From: Candidatus Brocadiia bacterium | GTDB lineage: Bacteria; Planctomycetota; Brocadiia; CAIUPP01 | NCBI GenBank assembly: GCA_050015075.1 | Contig: JBEKCB010000021.1 | Coordinates: 1 to 64,000 of the forward strand | Reading direction: 5' to 3' | DNA: 64,000 nucleotides | In this document: in pieces, positions 48,677 to 57,784 of the stretch | Position numbering within the stretch: the stretch's first letter is position 1 | How the letters are laid out: every line of letters begins with the position of its first letter | The notes under the pieces: model-generated | Databases searched by the model: none | What the model saw: only the letters and a program-made list of their open reading frames with translations | Told to the model about the DNA's origin: nothing | Position numbers and translations under genes: made by a program

Positions 48677-49138
48677 ATGGCACAAGTTCGACGTGATGAT
48701 CTTCCGGAGGCGCAGCCGACGGCGGGCGTCACTCACGCGCAGGTCGCGAAAATCTGGGCATGCGCGCACGACCTGGGTTTGGACCGCGAGATGCTCTACC
48801 TGCTGGTGCCGCGCGGCTCGATCAGCGCGCTCTCGCACCGCGAAGCGTCGGAGCTGATCGAGCACCTGGTGGAACTCGGGGCCAGGCGCACCGCCGAGCA
48901 GCCGATAGCGGCGGGCGATTTCGATCCGAACGCGGCGACGCAGGAGCAGCGGAACTTCATCCACTTCCTTTTCGGCCGCGTGGGCTGGATCGGTTCTCCG
49001 GCCCGCATTCGCGGCTTTCTGAGGAAATTCGCCGGCGTGGATACGGTGGAGGCGATCCGCGACCGTAAGCGCGCCAGCGCGATCATTGAGGCGCTGAAGG
49101 CGATCCACCGGCGGCAGAGGAGCGCGAAAAGCGCCTAA
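48677..49138 (+). CDS. Mu GemA/gp16-like (DUF1018) protein
   Basis: QVAKIWACAHDLGLD...SISALSHREASELIEHL, ATQEQ...I, GW...GF, ASAIIEALK; RBS GGAGGTG. Confidence 0.65.
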   Translation: MAQVRRDDLPEAQPTAGVTHAQVAKIWACAHDLGLDREMLYLLVPRGSISALSHREASELIEHLVELGARRTAEQPIAAGDFDPNAATQEQRNFIHFLFGRVGWIGSPARIRGFLRKFAGVDTVEAIRDRKRASAIIEALKAIHRRQRSAKSA

Positions 49139-49139
49139 G

Positions 49140-49388
49140 AGATGTTAAGGGGCGGCCGATTAACTTCGGGAGCGGATCTCGGATTTCTGCGTGGCGCGGG
49201 ATCGCGGCCTAGACGCCGGCGTGCTCGGGACCCGATTCCGCAGCCAGCATCATTCGGCAGGCGTCGGCAATGTTCTCCTTGAGTTCCTCCAGCGTCCCGC
49301 CCTGGCTGAACATGCCCGGAACTTCATTGAGTCTGCCGATTAGTCAACCCTCGTCCGCCCAGTACTCCAGCGTGAAGAACCGCTTCAT
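49140..49388 (-). pseudogene. Decayed hicB with adjacent hicA C-terminal fragment
   Basis: MKRFFTLEYWADEG*LIGRLNEVPGMFSQGGTLEELKENIADA (internal TGA), followed by AIPRHAEIRDPLPKLI. Confidence 0.75.
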
Positions 49389-49837
49389 GCTTCGGCCTCC
49401 GGCAATGCGAGAGAAATGCTCACCCAATTGATTTTACCGCCTTGTCGCGGGGGATGGTTTTTCCGCTGTTAAAGAGGCGCGAGAGGTCGTCGCGGCATAT
49501 TGAGAGCGATAGAGCTGCTCGCGGAGCAGGAGGAGCGGAAGGAGCAACCGGAGGCGAAGGAGCCTGAGCCGAGCGAGTGACCGTCTTTCTTTGGCGTAGG
49601 CATCAGTCATCGCTGTCGGGCGCTCGCCTTCGTCAGGCCGCATAGGATTACCTAGGCGGTCACGCGCAACTCCAGAGGCATGCGACGGTCCTTTGCCGAT
49701 GACAAAAAGCGTATGGGCTGCCGGATACCCACAGGGCCGTATATTCCACAGGCCTCGTGCCGACCTGTTTTAATTACCTTGCGCCAGAGCTGAACCTTTT
49801 GCGGTTGAACTGGGATATAATCCCTGGCTGAACAAAC

Positions 49838-50467
49838 ATGCAGAAACCCAATGCCGAACTCAATGCGGATTCCCTGATTCCTCGCGCCCTGGCGGGTGAG
49901 CGTGAGGCTTTCTGCGAGCTTGCGCGACAGCACGAAGCGAGGCTCTATCGTCAGGCGTTTGGACTCTGCCGTAATCAGCACTTGGCGGAGGACCTGGCGC
50001 AAGAGACGCTGATCGAGGCGTGGAAGGGGCTGGCCAGGTACAATGGGGCGTGCAGGTTCTCCACGTGGCTCTACGCAATCCTCCTGCACCGGCATCAGAA
50101 GTCACAGCGAAGGAACCGGTCGGTGCTTCGGCTGTTCCTGGGTATAGAGCGACGAAGAGGCTCATCGCGCGAATGGGAGCTATCCGCAGGCGCCGATGCC
50201 GACCCGGCCGAGGCGGCCTGGCGCGCGGAAGCAGCGGAGAAGCTCCGGGCGGATATCGAGGCGCTGCCGGAGGACGCGCGGGAAGTCATCCGGTTGCGCT
50301 TCTTCGCCGGCGCTTCGCTGAGCGAAATCTCCATCGCGCTCGGCATTCCGCTGGGGACCGCGAAGTCTCGGCTGCATTATGCCCTGATCCGCCTCCGCGA
50401 AATGTGTGATCCGCAATTGAACCCATCCGCCCCGACCGGGGATTTACTATCGGAGGGAAGAACATGA
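49838..50467 (+). CDS. ECF sigma factor
   Basis: AEDLAQETLIEAW, FSTWLYAI, EISIALGIPLGTAKSRLHYA. Confidence 0.93.
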   Translation: MQKPNAELNADSLIPRALAGEREAFCELARQHEARLYRQAFGLCRNQHLAEDLAQETLIEAWKGLARYNGACRFSTWLYAILLHRHQKSQRRNRSVLRLFLGIERRRGSSREWELSAGADADPAEAAWRAEAAEKLRADIEALPEDAREVIRLRFFAGASLSEISIALGIPLGTAKSRLHYALIRLREMCDPQLNPSAPTGDLLSEGRT

Positions 50468-51081
50468 CGTGCGACCGATACAAAGAAGCGATTTCACTCC
50501 TCGCCTGCGGCGAGTTGCCGGCAGGCGACCGCGTCCCGGTGGAGCGGCATCTGGCCGAGTGCGCGAGTTGTCGAAGCGACTACGAGGCGCTGCAGCGCCT
50601 CTGCGGCCGGATCAGGAACCTTGCCGAACAGGACGACCTAGCCGAGGCACCTGGCGGGCTGTCCGGACGGCTCGAGGAATCGCTTCGGCCTGCAGCACAC
50701 ACCGTCCGCTGGGCGGCGCTCGCGGCGGCGGCGTGCGTCTTGATCGGGCTGGCGGTATGGTTGATATCGAGCGCGGAGACGAACGACAACCGGGCCCGCC
50801 AGAAACAGGGGCCAGCCATCGGCGTCATCTCCACGCCGCATCCTTTCGTCGCTACGACTGACCTGCCGCCGGCCAGTTGGGCCGCGTATTACCAGGCGTG
50901 GCTGCAATCACCGGAGACGCTCGACGGAATGCTGGCGCGTGACGCTGCAGCGCGGTTGAAGCCCGAAAGGAACCTGGCCGGCCTGAATGTGCGTAGCTTG
51001 CTCCAGACCATGAACCATATTGAGGAGAAGTCCAATGAGAACCACAGTGTGCGTGGCTGCGGCGTTAGCTCTGTTGTGTAG
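50464..51081 (+). CDS. Zinc-finger (zf-HC2) anti-sigma factor
   Basis: HLAECASC motif and one TM; coupled to the ECF gene. Confidence 0.88.
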   Translation: MTCDRYKEAISLLACGELPAGDRVPVERHLAECASCRSDYEALQRLCGRIRNLAEQDDLAEAPGGLSGRLEESLRPAAHTVRWAALAAAACVLIGLAVWLISSAETNDNRARQKQGPAIGVISTPHPFVATTDLPPASWAAYYQAWLQSPETLDGMLARDAAARLKPERNLAGLNVRSLLQTMNHIEEKSNENHSVRGCGVSSVV

Positions 51082-52171
51082 CGCAGGAGCAGTTTCGGCG
51101 CAGGAAAGCAAGGCGCCGCCATCCGACCTCGGTCGCAACGCGGCGCTGACCTATTGGCGCGCCTTCGCCGCGTTTCCGGAATTGACAAAGGAGGAGTCCA
51201 GTATCGTCGCCGCGTACCCCCCGGGTTTCGAACCGAAGTCAACGCCGGAGCAGAGGGCCGACCTGGCAAAACGATTGACCAGGGCGTTAGAGCTGATGCA
51301 CGAAGCGTCACAAATTCCGCAGTGCAACTGGGGCATTGACTACGAAAAAGAAGGACCCAATGCCGACCTCACGTATCTGGCCAAGAGTCGTGACCTCGGC
51401 AGGGCCGCGGCCTTTCGCGCGCGGTACTTCTGGCAGGAAGGAAAACGCAAGGAGGCGGCGGAAGACCTGCGTGCCGCAGTCATCTTGGCGCGTCAGGTTG
51501 GAAACGACGGACATGATACGCAGATCGCAGTACTCGTACAGATTGTCACTGAGTCAATTGTAGATAACAACCTGGCGGTGTTGATGACCGATCGGGAATC
51601 GGCGGACGTCCTCGCAAATGGCCTAGGGGACCTCGTCAACGGGTCCGCAGCCCCACTCATGAGAAACGCGATCCTCACGGAGAAGAAGGTGTGTCTTCCG
51701 TGGATGGTATCCCTTGTTACGCAAGAAATGAGCGATCCGGGAGCAGCGGCGAAGCGGCCCGATTTCACCCCTGAGGCGATACGGCAGTGGATGGACGAGC
51801 TTGGAAGACAATATGACGAGGTGGCGGCTATCTTCGATTTGCCGTTCCAGGAGTTCCTGGCCACGAGGCCGGCGCTGGAGGAAAAGATCAAGGCCAGCAA
51901 GAACCCTTTCGCAGAGTCTCCCCTTTCCTCACTGAAAGGCGCGCGCGATGAAGAGGAGAAATACCGCGTTCAGTGGGCGATGGTCCGGGCCGCCATCGAG
52001 ATCAGGCGCGAAGGGGAAGCAGCACTGCAGAAGGTCCTGAACCCGGCCGACGGAAAGCCGTTCGTCTACACCGCGTTGGAAGGCGGTGCGTTCGAACTGA
52101 AATCAGCGCTGCCGATCCGCGACAAACAGGTCGCCATGACCTTCGGGCGCGCGCCGGCAAAGAAAAAGTAG
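51035..52171 (+). CDS. Exported helical hypothetical protein
   Basis: Signal peptide, NAALTYWRAF, CNWG; RBS GAGGAG. Confidence 0.7.
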   Translation: MRTTVCVAAALALLCSAGAVSAQESKAPPSDLGRNAALTYWRAFAAFPELTKEESSIVAAYPPGFEPKSTPEQRADLAKRLTRALELMHEASQIPQCNWGIDYEKEGPNADLTYLAKSRDLGRAAAFRARYFWQEGKRKEAAEDLRAAVILARQVGNDGHDTQIAVLVQIVTESIVDNNLAVLMTDRESADVLANGLGDLVNGSAAPLMRNAILTEKKVCLPWMVSLVTQEMSDPGAAAKRPDFTPEAIRQWMDELGRQYDEVAAIFDLPFQEFLATRPALEEKIKASKNPFAESPLSSLKGARDEEEKYRVQWAMVRAAIEIRREGEAALQKVLNPADGKPFVYTALEGGAFELKSALPIRDKQVAMTFGRAPAKKK

Positions 52172-52290
52172 TGCCGTCCGGCGAGAACGAGTTTTGCCGA
52201 GAAGAGGCGCAGACCGGACGCGGATGCCTTGCTCTCCCGCGCGCAGACGAACGACGCAGAGGACGATGGACCTTCTTGAGGAAAATTACA

Positions 52291-52578
52291 ATGAGAACCA
52301 CCGCGTGCGTGGCTGCGGCGTTAGCTCTGTTGTGCAGCGCGGGCGCAGCTTGCAGAGCGCGGACATCCGACCTCGGTCGTAACGCGGCGCTGTTCTATCG
52401 GCGCGCCTTCGCAGCGTTTCCTGAAGTGACAGAGGAGGAGTCCAGTATCGTCGCGGCGTACCGCCCTGGTTTCGAACCGAAGTTAACGCCGGAACAGAGG
52501 CCCGATCTCGCCAGACGATGGGGCAGCTTTCACGACCTGGCGCGGTATGGGATTCTCAGAAGCGAATGGGCGGTTTAA
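52291..52578 (+). pseudogene. Truncated duplicate of the 51035 gene N-terminus
   Basis: MRTTACVAAALALLCSAGA...SDLGRNAALFYRRAFAAFPE is nearly identical to the upstream gene; similarity ends at about 52515. Confidence 0.75.
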
Positions 52579-52732
52579 AAGGAGGCACCCTCCACCTTAC
52601 GTGCGGGAGTTCCGCAGCTTGCCCGGGTCCCTGTTAGCTCAAGTTCAGCGCTACCGCTTCGAGCTGAATGTTTTTTGCTGGCCCGGCAGTCAGGGTTTCT
52701 CCGCAACGGCAGAGGGCGCGTGTCCTCCTTAT
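52577..52732 (-). ncRNA. Structured ncRNA, candidate 6S RNA
   Basis: Long terminal pairing (GGAGG..CCCTCTGCC..TGCGG with CCGCA..GGTGGAGGG..CCTCC), internal CCCTGA and CTTGAGCTAACAGGG motifs, 3' T-run, upstream GATAAT. Confidence 0.45.
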
Positions 52733-52890
52733 ACTTCCTGCATGGGGGTATTCCCCGTTACCTTGATTATCGGCCGCGATGCGGCGGGATTTAGGAAAAA
52801 TCGAGAGCCTTTCGGGCCGCCCGGGACGCCGGCGAGAACGCGCGTCCGCGCGATTTGACCGACGCCGCCGCCGGCCCCTATAATCCCGGC

Positions 52891-54162
52891 ATGACGACGA
52901 CCGACATACTCATTCAGCGGGCTCCCGAGCTTGCCGCCATCATCATCCTCCTGAGTTGTTCGGCCGTATTCAGCGCGGCGGAGACTGCGCTTTTCTCGCT
53001 GACCCATGAGGACTTGCGGAAGCTCAGTCTTTCTTCGTCCCGGTCGAGCCGCGCCATCCGGTCGCTGCTGCGGGACCCGCAGGCGCTGCTGGCGGCCGTG
53101 CTGCTCGGGAACATGGTCGTCAACCTGAGCATCTACGGCCTGAGCATCCTCATCGCCATCCAGCTCGCGGAGGTCTCGCACTTTGCCGCGGCGGTCTGCG
53201 GCGTCGTCTCGCTGCTGGCGGTCATCCTCCTGACCGAGGCGAGCCCCAAAGGGATTGCGGTCGGCCGGCCGGTGGAGGTCGCGCATTGGGTTGCGTGGCC
53301 TCTGCTCCAGTTTTTCCGCGTCGTCCGCCCGGTCAGCAACCTGATTCGATTCGTGGCGCGGGAGTGCACGGACGCGCTGACCCGGCGCTTCAGCCCGGCG
53401 CCGTACGTCACGCGCGGCGAACTCCAGACGCTCATCGCCATGGCCGAGCAGCAGGGAACCCTGAGCGGCCAGGCGCGCGGGATGATCGAGCAGGTGGTGG
53501 ACCTCACGAACCTGCGCGCCAGGGAGCTGATGACGCCGCGCGTGGATATGCCGCTGTTCAACGTGGCCGCCGGCGCCGAAGGGTTCTCCGAGCTGGTGCA
53601 GATTGACCGCCAGGAACGCGTGCTCGCCTATGAGGGATCGGCCGATAATGTGGTCGGCATGCTCTTCACGCGTGACGTGCTGCTCCATCCCGAGGCGGAG
53701 ATCCACAGCCTGCTCCGGCCGGTGAGGTTCGTGCCGGAGACGCAGCCGGCCGAGGCGCTGCTGCGTTACTTCACGCACGCGCGCGATTCCGTCGCCATCG
53801 TCGTGGACGAGTACGGCGGCACGGCCGGGCTGGTGACGATCGAGCATATCCTCGAGGAGGTCGTCGGCGAGATCCGCGAGAAGCCGCGCGCCGAGGAGCC
53901 GGCCGTCCGGAGGCTCGATGAGGACACCTACGTCCTGGCCGGGAACCTGAGCACGCGCGACTGGCGGCCGCTGCTGGGCGCCGGCTTCGACCCGGCCGGC
54001 GTCGAGACGCTCGGCGGATTCGTCATGTCGCTGCTCGGCCGCGTCCCGAAGGAAGGCGAAAGCGTCGAGAGGCGCGGGCTGCGTTTTGTCGTCGAGAAGA
54101 TGTCCGGCCGCCGCGTCGCACGCGTTCGAGTCCAGCGGCTTCGGCGAGAGGGCGAGGCATGA
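52891..54162 (+). CDS. CNNM (DUF21)-CBS-CorC hemolysin-family protein
   Basis: FSAAETALFSL, LLGN, MTPR, VVDEYGGTAGLVTIE, ETLGG. Confidence 0.9.
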   Translation: MTTTDILIQRAPELAAIIILLSCSAVFSAAETALFSLTHEDLRKLSLSSSRSSRAIRSLLRDPQALLAAVLLGNMVVNLSIYGLSILIAIQLAEVSHFAAAVCGVVSLLAVILLTEASPKGIAVGRPVEVAHWVAWPLLQFFRVVRPVSNLIRFVARECTDALTRRFSPAPYVTRGELQTLIAMAEQQGTLSGQARGMIEQVVDLTNLRARELMTPRVDMPLFNVAAGAEGFSELVQIDRQERVLAYEGSADNVVGMLFTRDVLLHPEAEIHSLLRPVRFVPETQPAEALLRYFTHARDSVAIVVDEYGGTAGLVTIEHILEEVVGEIREKPRAEEPAVRRLDEDTYVLAGNLSTRDWRPLLGAGFDPAGVETLGGFVMSLLGRVPKEGESVERRGLRFVVEKMSGRRVARVRVQRLRREGEA

Positions 54163-55136
54163 TGACCGCGCTGTGGATCGCCCTGTCCATCCTCGTGGCG
54201 GCATTTTACGCCGCGGCGGAGACGGGCGCCTATCGCCTCAACCGAATCCGGCTTCACGGCGAGGCGAAACACGGGCGGCGTACGGCGGCGCTGACCGAAA
54301 GCGTGGTCGCGGACATGGAACGATACGTCTGCATGACGCTGACGGCGCACAACACGGCGGTTTACTGCGGCACGGTGTTCTTCACGGCGCTGGTCGCCCA
54401 CTGCCTGCGGGGGCAGCGCGAGCTGGTGGTGGAGCTCATCAGCACGGTAACGCTGTCGCCGGTGATGCTGATCTTCGGCGAGGTGGTTCCCAAGAGCGTG
54501 GCCCAGGTGCTGGCGGACCCGCTGATGCGCTGGTCGAGCCCGCTGCTCTGGCTGACGAACAAAGCGCTCTGGCCGGTGGTCACGATGCTGCTCGGCCTGG
54601 TGGCGTTCTGGCGGCGGCTGCTCGGAGGCCGAGCCGAGCCGCGCAAGACCGTCGTCACGGCGCAGTACCTCGGCACGCTGCTTTCGGCGGGCACTCAGGA
54701 AGGCGTGATCACGCCGCAGCAGGACGTGATCGTCCGGAACATCCTGCAATTGCGGGGCCGGCCGGTGCGGGAGATCATGACGGCGATGTCGCACGTGCAG
54801 ATGGTCCCGGTGGATGCGGACCCGCAGCAGGCGCGGCAGGAGATCGCGCGCTTCACCCACGCGCGGCTGCCGGTCTACGAGGGCGACCGGTCGAATGTCG
54901 TCGGGAGTTTGCGGGTCCTCGATTACCTCTGCGGCGATGAAGGCGGCGACATTCGCAAGCTGCTTCGCCCGCCGCTGTTCCTCAACGCGGAGACCGGCGT
55001 GGACGAGGCCTTCCGCCGCCTGCAGGAAAGCGCCCAGAGCATGGCCGTCGTCGTAGGCGCGCATGACCGCGCCGTCGGCGTCATCACGATAGACGACCTG
55101 CTGCAAGGCGTTTTCAGCACCCTCGGCTCGTTTTAG
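54159..55136 (+). CDS. CNNM (DUF21)-CBS protein
   Basis: YAAAETG, FGEVVPK, HARLPVY, GVITIDDL. Confidence 0.88.
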   Translation: MMTALWIALSILVAAFYAAAETGAYRLNRIRLHGEAKHGRRTAALTESVVADMERYVCMTLTAHNTAVYCGTVFFTALVAHCLRGQRELVVELISTVTLSPVMLIFGEVVPKSVAQVLADPLMRWSSPLLWLTNKALWPVVTMLLGLVAFWRRLLGGRAEPRKTVVTAQYLGTLLSAGTQEGVITPQQDVIVRNILQLRGRPVREIMTAMSHVQMVPVDADPQQARQEIARFTHARLPVYEGDRSNVVGSLRVLDYLCGDEGGDIRKLLRPPLFLNAETGVDEAFRRLQESAQSMAVVVGAHDRAVGVITIDDLLQGVFSTLGSF

Positions 55137-55300
55137 GCCCGGATAAGCCAACCGGGTTGCTTGACAGCGGCAATTAGGCCGTATAATCTACGGCTGCGAA
55201 GGCCGGAAGCCCTCTGTCAATGCACCATTTCCCGGGGCATGGCCGATACGGCAGCGAGATTCCGAAGTGGTGCGCTTAGCCTTTTGCAGGAACCACACCG

Positions 55301-56116
55301 ATGCTGGACCCGGGTACAGTCGGCCTGGCGACCGCGGTGTTCGTCGCGTCCTCGGTCGAGTGCGTGGAGGCGTTCACCATTGTGCTCGCGGTGGGGATGA
55401 CGCGAAGCTGGAAGTCCACCATCGTCGGCTCGATTCTGGCCCTGCTGGCGCTGACCGTGATTGTAGCGGTCGCCGGGGTCGGCCTGCGCAACACCATTTC
55501 ACCATCGCTGCTTCAGTTGATCATCGGCGCGCTGCTGCTGGTCTTCGGCTTGCAATGGCTGCGCAAGGCCATCCTGCGCGAGAGCGGCCTGAAGGCAAAG
55601 CATGACGAGGCGAGCATCTACCGCCGCGAACAGGAAGAAGCGCGCCAGGCGAGTCACCTGATGCGCGGCGGCCTCGACTGGTTCGCGTTCGTCGTATCCT
55701 TCAAGGGAGTCTTCCTGGAAGGGCTCGAGGTCGTCTTCATCGTGATCACGTTCGGCCTGAGCGCGAGCGTGCAGAATCCGCACAGCATGTTCATCGCCTC
55801 CATGGCCGCGCTGGCCGCGTTCGTGGTGGTGTTGATCGCGGGCGTCATGGTCCACAAGCCGTTGTCCTCCGTGCCGGAGAACCTGCTCAAGTTCGGCGTG
55901 GCCATCCTGCTGTGCACCTTTGGAACGTTCTGGTCCACGGAGGGCCTGGGCTACTTCACGGCCGGCCACGGAAGCCTTGAGTGGCCGGGCGGCGAATGGG
56001 CCCTGCTGGGCGTGCTCCTGTCCTGGATCATCGTATCGTCTCTCTTCGTTCGCGCACTCCGTCGCCTTCATCCGGCCGTGGCCTCGGCCCCGGCCGTCAC
56101 GGGAGCGGACAAATGA
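55301..56116 (+). CDS. COG4280-type membrane protein (putative metal transporter)
   Basis: VECVEAFTIVLAVG, FGLQWLRKAILR, FKGVFLEGLEVVFIV, VPENLLKF. Confidence 0.8.
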   Translation: MLDPGTVGLATAVFVASSVECVEAFTIVLAVGMTRSWKSTIVGSILALLALTVIVAVAGVGLRNTISPSLLQLIIGALLLVFGLQWLRKAILRESGLKAKHDEASIYRREQEEARQASHLMRGGLDWFAFVVSFKGVFLEGLEVVFIVITFGLSASVQNPHSMFIASMAALAAFVVVLIAGVMVHKPLSSVPENLLKFGVAILLCTFGTFWSTEGLGYFTAGHGSLEWPGGEWALLGVLLSWIIVSSLFVRALRRLHPAVASAPAVTGADK

Positions 56117-56331
56117 AATATGTACTCGGCTTCCTGCGGTTCTGGTATGACTTCGTCATCGGCGACTGCTGGCAGATCGCCGCGGGCGTGGTCGTCGTGC
56201 TCGGGTGCGGGGCGTGGCTGGCGCACTCGCAGATCATCCGCCCCGGCCTGATCCCTCCGGTCGCCGGACTCGGCGTCGTCCTGGTCGTCGTCATCAGCCT
56301 GCTCGCGACCGCGCGAGAGCGCGCACGGTAG
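56113..56331 (+). CDS. Small membrane protein coupled to the COG4280 gene
   Basis: FWYDFVIGDCW plus two TM segments; ATGA overlap. Confidence 0.7.
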   Translation: MKYVLGFLRFWYDFVIGDCWQIAAGVVVVLGCGAWLAHSQIIRPGLIPPVAGLGVVLVVVISLLATARERAR

Positions 56332-56359
56332 GCGCCGCAATCCGGTTCGACGGGGGAAA

Positions 56360-57646
56360 ATGGGGCGAATCGAACCTATGTCCCAACCGCTATCCGCCTG
56401 GCGGCGAGCCATGGAGTTCCTCGGCCTGAAACGCAGCATGGCCGGCATGCTGGGCATGGTCATCCTCGTCGGAATGGGCGAGCAGATCGGCGAGCGTTTC
56501 CTCCCGCGGTACATCGAGGTGTTGTCGGGCGGCGCCGTCGGCAAAGTCCTCACGGTGACGAGTATCCTCGCCATCGGCTTGCTCGCCGGCATGGACGACC
56601 TGCTTTCGGCGCTCTACTCGTTCCCCGGTGGGTACCTCAGCGACCGGCTGGGCACGAAGCGCGCGCTCCTGGTTTTCAACTTCCTCTCCATGTTCGGGTA
56701 CGTCGTCATCCTCGTCATTCACACCTGGTGGGCGGTGCTGGTCGGGGCGGCGTTCTTCATCTCCTGGTCGGCCATTTCGCTGCCGGCGACGATGGAGATC
56801 GTGGCGAAGGTAGTGCCGAAGAACAAGCGCGCCATGGGCGTTTCGATGACCTCGCTGATCCGGCGCGTCCCCAAGACGCTCGGGCCGGTCATCGGCGGCA
56901 CGTTCATTGCGCTCTGGGGCATAGACCGCGGCGTGCGCGCGGCGTTTGTGGCGGCCATCGCGCTGGCGCTCGTCGGGATGATCGTGCAACAACGCTTCAT
57001 CGAGGACGACCGGCTCCGCCCCGGCGATCCGCCTCGCCCGAAGGCGGAGAAAAATCCGTTCAGGCTCTATCGTGAAATGAGCCCCCAACTGCGCAATCTG
57101 CTCATCTCCGACATCCTCATCCGCTTCTGCGAGCGCATTCCCGATTGCTTTGTCATCATCTGGTGCACCGTGCAGATCCTGCGGCCGGTCACGGATTTCA
57201 CTTTCGGCTGGCTCTCGGCCGTCGAGCAGGTGACCGCGGTGCTCTGCTACATCCCGGTGGCGCACATGGCCGACCGGTTCGGGAAGAAGCCGTTCGTGGC
57301 GGTCACCTTCGGCTTCTTCACGCTCTTCCCGCTGATGCTCATGTTCGCGCAGTCGCTCTGGGCGCTGGTGCCGGTGTTCGTCCTGCGCGGCCTGAAGGAG
57401 TTCGGCGAGCCGTCGCGCAAGGCGCTCATCATGGACCTGGCCCCGGAGGACCGGAAGGCGGCCATGTTCGGGCTGTACTACCTGATCCGCGACGTCTTCG
57501 TGTCGCTCGCGGCCTTCGGCGGGTCGCTGCTCTGGCTGATCGGCCCGAGAGTCAACCTGCTGGCCGCCTTCGCCTTCGGCGTCATCGGCACGACCTGGTT
57601 CGTGCTGAAAGGACGCGACCTGTCGCGCGCTCCAGGAGCCGCGTGA
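56360..57646 (+). CDS. MFS transporter
   Basis: GYLSDRLGTK and ADRFGKK motifs, about 12 TM segments. Confidence 0.9.
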   Translation: MGRIEPMSQPLSAWRRAMEFLGLKRSMAGMLGMVILVGMGEQIGERFLPRYIEVLSGGAVGKVLTVTSILAIGLLAGMDDLLSALYSFPGGYLSDRLGTKRALLVFNFLSMFGYVVILVIHTWWAVLVGAAFFISWSAISLPATMEIVAKVVPKNKRAMGVSMTSLIRRVPKTLGPVIGGTFIALWGIDRGVRAAFVAAIALALVGMIVQQRFIEDDRLRPGDPPRPKAEKNPFRLYREMSPQLRNLLISDILIRFCERIPDCFVIIWCTVQILRPVTDFTFGWLSAVEQVTAVLCYIPVAHMADRFGKKPFVAVTFGFFTLFPLMLMFAQSLWALVPVFVLRGLKEFGEPSRKALIMDLAPEDRKAAMFGLYYLIRDVFVSLAAFGGSLLWLIGPRVNLLAAFAFGVIGTTWFVLKGRDLSRAPGAA

Positions 57647-57784
57647 CCAGGTTCTGACCCGCAGCGCAGCCGATTGCCGAGGCGCGAAAATCCGGCCCTC
57701 CTTGCATCTTTCCGTTGCAAGCGATACATTCTCTTTCGACCGCGGCGGTGACCGCGGCATGATCTTCAAGACGAGAGCAGCCGG

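Noticed and set aside
49330-49350. TGA in hicB as selenocysteine or recoding
   Set aside because: The position fits Trp rather than Cys, the partner gene is deleted, and TGA is a normal stop elsewhere in the window.
49434-49643. 69 aa Leu/Arg-rich ORF as a type I toxin
   Set aside because: Arises from a degenerate purine-rich hexamer tract; no clear RBS or antisense partner.
48600-52600. Prophage or integrative element around the GemA-like gene
   Set aside because: No integrase, transposase, structural genes or att repeats visible.
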